This document shows, in pieces, positions 11,519 through 22,594 of a stretch of 64,000 nucleotides of DNA. A program made the position numbers and the translations under genes. Origin of the DNA: Daphnia carinata (lineage: Eukaryota). The notes beneath the pieces are model-generated. The model was not told the DNA's origin. It saw only the letters and a program-made list of their open reading frames with translations, and did not search any database. Each line of letters starts with the position of its first letter. Position 1 is the first letter of the stretch. Location of the stretch: NCBI RefSeq assembly GCF_022539665.2, contig NC_081331.1, positions 11,966,001-12,030,000 on the forward strand. The letters run 5' to 3'.

Positions 11519-14500
11519 CTGGAAATTGCAAATAAAAATAAATGTTAATTTTCAATACATAATCGATAGTTTCAGTTTGCACGTTTGTTGGTTTACAAGA
11601 AACCCCAAGGTGATATGATCACCGGCACACTAAACAGAATGAGTTGAAAGGGTAAAAGTTTAAGTTTACGCGTCAAGTTGGATAAGGTTTGTATCGACAG
11701 CTACTCCATCATCTACATCTTTTTTGGGACTCGCCACGGCTGTTGGAGGGCGACTTAGTGGGGGGCTATCTTCTGGTGGTTTTGAATGCATTAAAATGAA
11801 CGGCAGCTCTGCGACCAAATCCCTAAAACGACGTAAACGAAATAAAAGGCAATGAGCTGAATTAATCGGACATTGCTGTGATAAGAAATTTACCCGCCGA
11901 GAGCTCCGAGACAGAGTTTAACTTTCACTTTGTACTGAACGATGATGCCCAGATTTTCTTTTTGTACAGGTTCCGTCAAACTGTAATAAAGAAAAAAAAA
12001 ACGAAATGAAATCGATCGAGACAACATCAATAAATCTTTGGGGTTAACGAGAATAAATTGGTTTTTTAATACTGACATGGTTGAAGAAGCCAGGTTGGTG
12101 TCCTCGTGTTTAAGCTGTCCGTCTAGAGCCAAACCCCTTTTATCTTTGTTATTTGCCAAGAGAGGCGTAAGGTAGTAGATTTTAGAAAGAGTGAAACCGG
12201 GTCCCACGGGGCAGCTCTCCCTGCAATAACAAGCAGGAATAACAATGGAAAATTATTTTCAATGTAATACATTGATTCGAAGCGCAAGGCTTCTTTTTTT
12301 AACCCATCATCCCCCATCCTCGCACCACCATCTTGGGGCCAATTACATTTCTAATAAGACCACAAAGCGGAAACAAAAGATGGGGGAAAAAACCTTTCTG
12401 CTCTTCAACAGAAAATAGGGAAAACAAACAACGTGAAATAAATAAAGAAAGAGTTGGGACTCACTCGCTCTCCAGTTCGGCAACCGTGCACTTGTACTGC
12501 GCCGTAGAGAAAAGGCATATATCTGCAAACTGGCGAACTAGACAAAAGGAAGACAGAAAAAAAAAATCAATACGCCATGGCCTGAGAATCGCGAACGAGA
12601 GAAGTGGGTGGGCCAGCGTCAGCACGGAGGAGCGGAAGGGAAAGGAGGCAACACGTTGCACGTCTACTGAACAAGCAACATCTTCATCAACATTTGTAAC
12701 CAAGTTCCTTCTTCTTATTAGTTTCATCAATGCGTCGAGCCGACCGGAATATTGTTAACGATAATGATAACATTCTTCGGCAATAGGTTTACACGTCCGA
12801 CGACACGACATAAACGGCTAAAGAAACACAAGTACGTTTAGGAGAACAACGACTTACCAGATACTTTCACTTTCTTGACGCTTTTGTTCGAATTGTTTTG
12901 TATGTGAACGTTGACAGCGATCGTCTCGCCGTGGTAATACAGTTCCTTATCGAGGGAGGCTTCCAAGTGCAACTTGTTGGGACTCATCATGAACTCTTTG
13001 CTCACCTCCACCGACGGCTGCTCCCCTTGTTTGCTTGGCGCATACATGATCTTTCGGATGGCCAATCGAACCGAGTTTCTGTCATCGAAACACAAAACAA
13101 GAAAAACGATTAGGTTACCATACATGCATTGATAAATACATAATATCACAATATCTAGACCTATGGGCGCTTTTCGGTTTGTTTTATGTTTTTACAACGA
13201 ACCTCTTGTGCGGTTTGTCTTCGTGTGTTTCGCCGACAAAGCACTTGAGCTCGTAGTCAACTCCGCATGGCTTTCCCATATCGCCTGGCGCTGGCTGCAG
13301 AGTGACGGATGCCGGGCAATGGGGCGGCAGTTCAAAGAAAAAGGGGTAGGCATTGGATCCGAGCTTTTTGAGCAACCTCTCCTGTAAGCGAAAAACACAT
13401 CCGTTAAAATCACGTTAGTTAAACATTCACGTGGAAACAAATCGAGGGATAATAAGGAGCTCTAAAATGGGTTGCAATCCGCGCAACATCGACAAATTGG
13501 GGCAACGTCAATTGAACTGCTCCGAGATCCGATTAGGAAACTACTAATGGCAAACGCAAAAACCAATTGAAAACATTTCTTGTTTCGTTTTTCGAGCAAA
13601 TTTTCGGCTAACACGAGAACTCTGACTGTTAAGCGAAAAATTGCGGATCGAAAGTTCATGGAGGACCAAGCATGTTTGTTCAACAACGAAACAAGATTTT
13701 AATGAGCCTTAAATGACAGCTCAGGTTACCACTGAAATCTCGTTGACTGACGATGATTCGGACATACAAACACAAAACGATCGATAAGCAGTTGCGAGTC
13801 TACTCGGCAGGGAAGCTGGGCGTTGGGTCATTGAATTTCAGAGCAAACGTGCATTTGCCGATCGATGGTAAGAACAACGCCATGAAAAGGATGAAAAAAC
13901 CTAACAAGTTTTTTTTTTTTTTTGGCTTCGTTCCAGCCCGAAATGCGATCATCAATGGGAAGTAGTTGGCTTCAACGATATGGAAAGGCAACGGAATTTG
14001 TATAAGATATTGGATTCTTCCGATCTTACTCCGTTGGAGGGGCAACCGGCTCTGCGGTCGGCCAAATGCGATACGCACTACAGCAATACTAAAAAACTGG
14101 AAACGAAAATGGATCAAGTTTTGGACGTATACCTGCAACCTGGTAGGTGACCGCTTATTGGTCGGCTCGTGTGGGAAGATTTGTGATGAAGCCAGGTACA
14201 GGTCTTTGCGGAATGTAAGTCCGAGAACGTCCAAATCTTCGCGTCCATAGCGGAAGGCGGCTAAGACGTGGCCAAAGACTTTACGATCTTTGATGTAATC
14301 CGCATCCACTAGGACAACGCCATCTAGAAATAAAAAGAAAACGTGGACGGTTAACAACAGTAGACGTGAAAAATCAATGCAACGCCCGCTATCCAAGATA
14401 TTGTTTATTCGCTGAGAAAACAGATCCGGCGAGTCGCCCCACTTTCGAAAATAACAAAGGGTGGGTTGGGCCGGTTTGAGTGAAGCGAAATCTCATCGAG

Positions 14501-15826
14501 CCAAGAAGACATTTAACCAAACACAATGAGAGACGAGAATGCGGCCCTCTCTGCATTCCATTTCAAAATATCATCTCTAACGCAAAATGTCATGATAAAA
14601 CAAAAAAGAAGTAAGGAATCAAAACAAAGCATTCTATTGAGCTGTTTACGTCGGTCGGTTTCACAGACGAAAAAAAAAGATGTTTTTTGTTTGTTTAATT
14701 ATTACTAGCCAGAAGCAAAACCAAATATCTAGAACTGACCTATAGGTTCCACGTGACTGACATGGTCGACGAAATCCCGTTTCCCCAAGTAGACCGTGAT
14801 CTGAAAGGGAAAAAAAAATGAAAAGAAAAATGATACAAAATCAATACTGGAGTTTTGTCGCCAAACAACGAGTCGAGGTAAACACGCAATAAAGCCGGAA
14901 AGGCCAAGAGTGCTGTCAGAAGTTCGAAGAAGCTTTAGCTGAGAAAGTTAGACTTTATTCAGTCTAAGAGGCAAAAGGTATTTCTCTCTTTCTTTTTTTT
15001 TTTTTTCTTTCTGTTGCTGGCATGATGGCAAAATAACTTAGTTAACCAGTTGATGAATATGTCATTTTACATAAGGTAGAAAAGTTGGAATTCATACCTT
15101 CCCGTTCGGGGAGCTCTTCTTGAATACCCTATCAAAATGAGAAATAATACAGAAAATAAGATTAAATGAGGACAAAGTGTACGGTTGCGTACATCACCGC
15201 CAAGGAGGGAAGGACAGAATCCCGCAAAGGTACTTAAATATTCAATTCGTATATGCGTTGGCGTTCGTCTACAAGGACGGACGCCTTGCTTCGAACAAAG
15301 AACCAACCTGTTTCTGATGGAATATATCTAAATCCAATCATACCAGCCCGGCCTGACATTTCCCAACAATTCAATTGTAAAGAATCAATCTTTCTACAAA
15401 AACGGTATGACAAGTGCCGTTTACATTCAAAGCAAACAGAATATACTGGGGTCATACGTGTGCCACTTAAAAACATCCGAGACAATTTTATAGAATTTCT
15501 CTTTTTTCTTCTTCTTTTTTTCCTCACGACATCGTTTATTAATAGAATTTGTTATTCGGATGGAAAAGTCGTAATCGAATGAGGAAAGCACAAAAAAATA
15601 ACCATCCCTCCCTCTTCACGTCAACTGAAAAACGACCATTGCGTACAGGGCAATTTCTCCTCAGAGACGGAGGTATTTACAAAATCATTATCTGTCGGAA
15701 GCAGCACAACATACCATCTAGCTACACCCCAACTATAATAGCCCTATTTTTCAATCAAACACAGATCCACATAAAAAATAAAAAATATGCTTACCGTGTT
15801 CCTAGTCGTTTGCCGCTATCGTCCAT
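11428..15826 (-). CDS. krz: Non-visual beta-arrestin (kurtz/ARRB-type), 420 aa; complement(join(11428..11518,11670..11822,11894..11980,12077..12220,12465..12537,12858..13078,13203..13381,14133..14323,14740..14800,15098..15128,15795..15826))
   Basis: Eleven GT-AG exons sum to 1263 nt in frame: [34 protein letters not shown]...[19 protein letters not shown]...[19 protein letters not shown]...NLIQLD (clathrin box)...[20 protein letters not shown] (AP2-binding motif). An in-frame TGA lies upstream of the ATG. Confidence 0.95.
11670..11822 (-). CDS. krz: beta-arrestin exon 10
   Basis: [16 protein letters not shown]...DTNLIQLD; tttag|..|gtaaac. Confidence 0.9.
11894..11980 (-). CDS. krz: beta-arrestin exon 9
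   Basis: [28 protein letters not shown]; tacag|..|gtaaat. Confidence 0.92.
12077..12220 (-). CDS. krz: beta-arrestin exon 8
   Basis: [21 protein letters not shown]...[10 protein letters not shown]; tgcag|..|gtcagt. Confidence 0.93.
12465..12537 (-). CDS. krz: beta-arrestin exon 7
   Basis: [24 protein letters not shown]; ctag|..|gtgagt. Confidence 0.93.
12858..13078 (-). CDS. krz: beta-arrestin exon 6
   Basis: [14 protein letters not shown]...VKKVKVS; gacag|..|gtaagt. Confidence 0.93.
13203..13381 (-). CDS. krz: beta-arrestin exon 5
   Basis: [19 protein letters not shown]...KPHKR; tacag|..|gttcgt. Confidence 0.93.
14133..14323 (-). CDS. krz: beta-arrestin exon 4
   Basis: [18 protein letters not shown]...PTRLQ; ctag|..|gtatac. 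Confidence 0.93.
14740..14800 (-). CDS. krz: beta-arrestin exon 3 ([20 protein letters not shown])
   Basis: tttcag|ATC ... ATAG|gtcagt. Confidence 0.92.
15098..15128 (-). CDS. krz: beta-arrestin exon 2 ([10 protein letters not shown])
   Basis: gatag|G GTA TTC ... AAG|gtatga. Confidence 0.92.
15795..15826 (-). CDS. krz: beta-arrestin coding exon 1 ([11 protein letters not shown])
   Basis: aacATGG ... ACACG|gtaagc. Confidence 0.85.
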
Positions 15827-18541
15827 GTTGTCCGGAGTGTGTCATGTGTCGTCCAGCGAGGTTAGAAGTCAAAGCACACAATACGCGGGCACACGAACGC
15901 ACAGATTTAAAACGAGAAGAAAAAAACCCAAAACAAGGGAAACGAAAAATAGCTAAAAGAGGAACAACAATAACAAAAACAGAATCACTGATGAAACTGG
16001 AAGTGTCTGCGCTGAGCTGCCGGTTTGAACTGAAATCTGGTGTGGCAACCGGAACACCGAAGAAACGCGTAGCAGCACCAAGGGAAAACAAAAAAAAAGA
16101 TGAACGGAACAAGATTAGGTTTTATTTTATTTCTCTTCAAAACAACTTGTTAAGCTCTACAAGGACGTAGAATATAGCGAGAGACAACCAGAAAACAGAG
16201 TTCCCGGCGTGAACTCACAACCAACACTGTCGGGTCCACTTGACACGACAACTGCAACGCGCTTCGAGTCTGCGCCGCCTAACCGTTCCCATATTTCTTT
16301 ACCATTAATCCTCTTTTTTTTTCTCTGGATTTCGAGGGAAATAAGAGAGAGTAGCGTATCGGAAACAAAGGAAAAAGCTTTTAGTTACTAGACGCAGATG
16401 ATACTGGTATAATGCACCAGGTTGTAAAATATTCAAGAACCATATATGGAATTTTGATCGGGCAATATCCATCAGGTTTGTTCAAAATTATAAAGCATAC
16501 AAGTCAAGAATTCCAAACTCATCAATATTTTGAGGTTTGTGTACAGCAATTAAATAAATCAAATCAAACGTTGGCAACTTCAACGAAAAAAAAAGACAAA
16601 ATATTTTGTCCACCATTTCAAGAGTATTATTGATTCACAAAAAAAGACGAAGGCTGCTGCGCCCACGATGCATGTAACACAACTCCCGGTTCAAGTTCTA
16701 TGGAGATTAGGAATACGTTGGAGAGAAAATCGGCGCTACACTAAGGAACATGCCCCCCAGTCTCAAGTGGATTTTTTTCCTAAGACAACTTTTCCTCGAC
16801 AACATACACGCACCGAGATTTCCATTCAACGAATGCTAGAAATTCTCGCAAGCCTGTCGAACTAGGACTGAAGTGGCGCAAGTGAAAGCAGTATGAAAAA
16901 CAAAGTGCACCTCATTAGCTACTTGCACAAGCAAACGGGTCGCGTCCCCAAAGTACGACAAGTAACAAACCTCTGGCCGCCAAAAGTTTAACATCCGACA
17001 TCATATTCGGAAGTACGATATTGAAATATGAAACTAAGATTTTCAAATCTTTAATATTGTGTGTGCTTTTCGATTTGAAATTTTTTTTTAAGGCAACGTA
17101 TATTCTTTCCCCAACGACAGTATTAGTTCTGCTTCGTCGACATTGCCGTCATCACAACTTGGACGACGATGGCTGACGCACCGTCAGACGACGGACCATC
17201 TCTATAACTAAATAACCTAGCGACGCCAAAATTCCCAGAAGTTAGTCGGACGAGAACGGACAAGTGCTAAGATTCTGAGACTGCCGTCTTAATTTTCATT
17301 AGCTAGGATCACTTTCCAAAATCTGCCAATAGATTAGCTGGAATAGAATGACCTCTTGGAAAGGAATTTTCCAATTCCAAGATGGAAAAGAATTTATCAT
17401 GAGAACAAGACAGGAAACGAAAAGGCATTATGTTGGCAGCCAATTACTGATGTAGCAAAAATGAACAGCAGGATCGGGGCTTTACTTCCGTGAAGGACAA
17501 GCCTGATCTATCGATCCGGAAAGTCCGACAGGAAAGATAGCGAAAAAAAAATGGTTAAATAATCCAAGAGTCACACTGCCTTAACTCTCTCTATGTTTAA
17601 AGGTCAGGGGCAAGAGGGAGATTCTACCGGATACGGACGCTCACTACACTCAGGCGAACATTTAGAACAAAAAAAATTAATACTATCGAATAGTACGGAC
17701 AGCCAAGTCATGACTACATGAATCGCATGAATCATTCAAGTGAAATCATCTCAAAGTGTTTTGTTCCGCTTCGGGCCACTGAGCAGTCGTCGTATTTCAG
17801 TAGTTCAATGTTTTGGCTTCCCTTTCGTACACTCAGCCCTTCCGCCCGACTCCCAAGACCAAGACCAAAACAAATGTTCGAACCGGGAGTGGTTGCCAAG
17901 AATGGAAAACATTGGGCGGACGTCGCGAGTGAAATAAACCGGGCAGCTTCTATTGAGGCGCGAAAACAGAAAGAGGAAGCACGTCGCTGGACGCTTGGTC
18001 GCGGAAGTTGAAACCCCCGCCTTACAAAATATACCGCTATCCAAACCAAAAGAAAACTGTCGTCTCCAAAACTCCACGCTTCAGATCCAGTCCAAATATA
18101 ACAGAACGATTGCTAGCCGATGCTTAATGGTATCGTCGATATCGATTGCCGTAAGATATTCGGAGGTCATTCACTAGCTTCCGGTAACGGACTAGAGGCG
18201 AAAAAGCGGGAATCGAAATTCAAACAGGATGGGGGAAAAAATTTCATGTCAAACCTCTATCTGCAAGAACGAAAATACATTTGATAACCGTTTTCGAATA
18301 CGATTTCAAGTTTTACAGTAAGACCATGCATCAATTTTCTATGTAACATAATATCGAAGGTGAGACAAGGATCCATGCCACCTTAACGCCATGCCCGGCA
18401 ACCCCAAAAATGAAATCCTAGTATTTAAATAGAAAAAGCGGGGAACAGGTGCTCGGAAATTGATTAGGTAGGTATGAACAAGGAAAGCAGGGAAATAGAG
18501 AGGAAGGCGAATAAAGGCAGAAAGAAGGGGGAGAGCGAGAT

Positions 18542-18566
18542 AAAAAAAAAAAAAAAAAAAAAAAAA
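18542..18566. repeat. Poly(A)25 tract
   Basis: Homopolymer run. Confidence 0.9.
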
Positions 18567-21500
18567 GACAAGGACGGGCCTGACGTTAAAGATCAATACG
18601 GTGAGACAGAAGAGTTGCATTGAAAAGTCAATACTGCAGACAGTTCAGCGAGAAACAGTTTTGATACACAATGCAACTAATATGATTTTGCTGGCACATT
18701 CTATTTTAGTTCGACTGTATGTCAAAGACGGAGTAAAACGAGGTAGTCCGTGTTGATTTCGCGGCGCAAGAAAGTGTTAGCGTGTCCAATGGAACGGATA
18801 ACGAGCGTCTTCCTGAGGAAAGAAAGCAAGTACCAAAGAAACGGAGGACTTGATTCCGTCCTCCCATTCTGGCATCGGCGTCAAAAAGCAAATTAGAGCA
18901 GGACAGTTGCGCTTTGAACCTTCATCGCAAATAGAGGGGAACTACTTGTTCGCGAGCAATATACGTAAACAGCGAGAGTAATTAACTTGCGAAAATGCTG
19001 TCATCTTTGGGCTTTTCCGGTAAGTTCTAATGGATTGAACGATAGCGACGCTTGAGTAACTAGTAATATTCGGAAGGGAAAAGAAATGGGGATACGGGGA
19101 TTTCGGATTTTGCCTCTCGGGGTTGTATTTATGAGTTCCTATTACTATGGATGTACGAAACAGGATTTTGCCCCGAAAATGGGGGAGCAAGGCGGGTAAT
19201 GGACATCTTCAGCATGTCCGTTAAGGAGCTCTGTGGAGGCCAGATTGAACAGGCTTCCAACAAGAGAGTAGTAATATTGGTACGAACAATAAGCCTTCGG
19301 ATCGCCTTACGTAACATCTTAAAAATTACCCGTACCATAATGGACGTCGAGAGAAACGTGAAACGCTCAAGTGAAGCGGCAAACCACCAAATGTCGGGTA
19401 GGCCCCCTCTTTCTTCAGGCGACCGCAAGCGGAAATGATGATTCGTCATTTCCTTTTTTGTTCTCTCTATACCCATTTCCACCCCACCCCCCTTTGCCTT
19501 CTCTCAGTCCGTTTAATCTCAACTATATAGGAAAAATCGCACGTTTTTCAGTGAGCAAGCCTGAGGGAGTTCAACGAACCTCTGGTATTCCACCTTCCGT
19601 TAAAGGCTCAGGTCACTTTTCTCTCGGGGATAATAGACGTCAACACAAAGGTGGAAATCATCACTGATTGCCCTTCGCAAAGTCTTACTGGAGCTCCTTC
19701 GCAAGCTATATAGATACGTATACCGTAAAAGTCTTTATTGTGGGGAAAAGATACGAAATCATGAAAGGACGTAAGGAATGCTAATACCGGATGTCGGCTT
19801 ATCAATTTGTCTGTTGCCTGACAGCCAGACAGAGTTGGTGTGCCTAACGTACGCGTAGAACGGAAACACGTATCTGTCATGGACATATGGTTCAAGAGTT
19901 TTTTGCTGGAGCTAAGGACCACATTGATTTCCATGTCAGAGTGAGTCAAACCAAATGGGTGTAAGACAAAAATAACATTGCTGGTGAGTCAGGGAAATAA
20001 AAATGGCTTTTTAAAAGCCCCACGATGATTAAATGAGACTTGATAACACTATCTCAAATGAGCAGTGGCATAGAGGCAAACTTCCATGAAAGGCAATATG
20101 ACACTAGATTTAAGCTTGGCTATCAGGCTCCTCTTAGAGAAATGGCCAGGGACACTTCCATTACATTCAGAATCTGTAATGTTAGCAATGCTCTGCGATA
20201 GATTAAGAATACAACAGGCAAACATGGGCATGTAAGACTGTAGGCAGTCTTTCTACCTTGAAGTGGACAACCAGAAACAGAAACTGATGCACTATTGACT
20301 GCATCATATCAGAAATGAAAACTGGCAGACTAAACACTCATCACTGTTGAATAAATATCGCGTTTCCAAATCTTACAGGGACAACTGAGTAGTCCAAACT
20401 GGATCAACACGTTTTAGTGAACTCGGATTTTGGAAGGATAACATAATAACCCAGAATTGAAGATAATGATAAAATTGTTTATGTACCTATGCAAATTGAA
20501 TCCTGCAAAACGACAGTACTACGGGTTGAAAGGGCCGATAACACTATTTCACACTGAAGAGTGACTTGGACAACTTATGCTTTCTCTCCCACCATTTGTC
20601 AGTGTTGCCACTTTGTTGTAAATACGCTTGACTGACTGTTGTTATTTTCTAATTGTGAAAATTTAAAAAAAATGTCTTCAGTTATCGTTGCAATAAAAAA
20701 ACCATAATTTACACTTTTTTAGCTAAGGGTTCGATTTGCAAACTTCTACTTATTTTATAAATAGATACTTGTGATTATTTTTTTGTAAAGCTACTCTGGT
20801 TCTCTGTAAGTAAGCCACAGCAAGTCAAGTATTTGACCAGCAGATGACAGGAGGGTATCAGCTGGAGAAAATATTTCGCCACCGAAAGCGGAGCCGGAGA
20901 AACGGGGCCTAACATTGAGAATTTTCTTAATTTTCAAACCCCTAGAAATCTCCAAAAATTATTATCTTATTATTGTAATATTTTTTAACAGACAATTGAC
21001 CCGTGTCGTTTCTAAGTGGTTCAAATGGTAGTAAATATTGCCACTAGCTCGTAAATAATTACATAATTTCATCGGTTGGTTTATTAGGTTTCACGTGACA
21101 TACAAACATTGGCTCAAGTTTCACCATCGTAATTACCAATAACATAAATGTTAATGGGATAGTTTCAATGTCAACTCTGTATGGCGGAGAGACTTGCACA
21201 GACTGTCTTTGGATTTTGAGGCGCTTGTTCGGATTTGTTTTGCCTTCTTCTTTTTATCTGCGCCTGCCGTTCGTACTCCTTGTTCGAAGCACGCACTACC
21301 GTATTCGAAGAAATAAATTTCCAGCTTGTTTATTCAGGCCTTTTGCATCAGTCAGGAAATTCTAGAAATAAAAGCATTTCCATACCAAATAGCCGCACAC
21401 ATCCCTCGTGTTGGCATTTTCTTTTCCATCTTTCTCCGCGTAACTAATTGATTTCGGAGAGAAGAAGAAGTTAAAGGTTCCAGGCGAATTTCAATGATAC

Positions 21501-22522
21501 CTTCAAGGTTTATTTCTATCCTACGGTTCTATTACTTTGATTTTTTTTTCCTACTTGATGTGAACATACCAATGCTTATTATCTATTATCAAAAGAAGGT
21601 TTATGATCAACCTCTCCTGAGAAACAATCCATCCTTGGTTATGAACCACATAAGTCGTGCCACTTGTGGGAAAAACTCACGTTTTTTATTTATCAGATCC
21701 GTGGTCAACCAGCAGCAACTAACAATAAAAAAAGGCAGGATGCAGTTATGGGATATATACAGTATAACGAAGGATATTTAACTGATTGGGCACGGCCGGA
21801 GCAAGGAGTGCCGTAGACCTTCCGCCCTCCAGCCACCTAGAATTGACTATACTTTTAAGTTTTGTATTTTCCAGAAGGAGCTCACGTACAGAGAGATTGT
21901 TGCTAGGATTCTGCGTAATAATAAGTTGCTTGGCATCAGAAAAAACATAAATATTCTGGGGGATTTCATGCTTATCGGAGCATAACAAAATAGTTGGACC
22001 CCCTATATAAGAGATCGGTATATAGAGAGACAAGTCGGTTATACATACATTATTAACTATAGGAGCAAGTACACTTTTACTAGTAGCCTTGAGGAGAGAA
22101 TAATCCACTTCATAAACTACGTGGCGAACATGTTCTATGTATACTCGAGTTCATGGCTGGAAAATGTGTGATTAACTAACGAAAAGATTACCATATACAA
22201 CTCTATAGGTGTAAACTAACAACACAATGGATCGGTTTCCTTAATTAAACTTTTTTTAAATTTTATATAAGAGGTGTTTGTTATTCACATATTAATCAGA
22301 CTAGGTTACACGTTCTGCATAAAACAAAACGTTTGGTCTGTATTGTATTGTAGCATAATGTGATAGTTTGCACCTACCAACATTTCCACTTCCTTAACTA
22401 AACGCTGGAGATCACATGCCCGTCAAAGAAATTACCGTTCTTTTTACGGAAAACTGCGCTTTTTCCCACGAAAATTCACGAACATCAATCATGACGAACT
22501 TATTTTAAAATTAATACGGTTT

Positions 22523-22594
22523 TAGCAGAGCGTGGTTTCGATCCACGGACCTCTGGGTTATGGGCCCAGCACGCTTCCGCTGCGCCACTCTGCT
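22523..22594 (-). tRNA. tRNA-iMet: Initiator tRNA-Met (CAT)
   Basis: AGCAGAGTGGCGCAGCGGAAGCGTGCTGGGCCCATAACCCAGAGGTCCGTGGATCGAAACCACGCTCTGCTA: 72 nt, A1:U72 pair, GGG/CCC in the anticodon stem, ATCGAAA T-loop diagnostic of eukaryotic initiator tRNA; TTTT Pol III terminator at 22507-22510. Confidence 0.98.

Noticed and set aside
11428..15826. Visual arrestin
   Set aside because: It has a clathrin box (LIQLD) and a beta-arrestin-type sequence throughout.
17718..19482. Several overlapping 80-117 aa ORFs on both strands upstream of arrestin
   Set aside because: No recognisable motifs or coherent exon chain; expected by chance in locally GC-richer sequence.
20280..20345. Box C/D snoRNA (GTGATGA...CTGA on the - strand) with a nearby 7-bp hairpin
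   Set aside because: The C-to-D distance is too short, with no terminal stem or identifiable guide.
21746..22108. 120-aa minus-strand ORF next to the tRNA
   Set aside because: It starts at GTG, has no recognisable domain and no convincing splice context; a TE relic cannot be excluded without a search.
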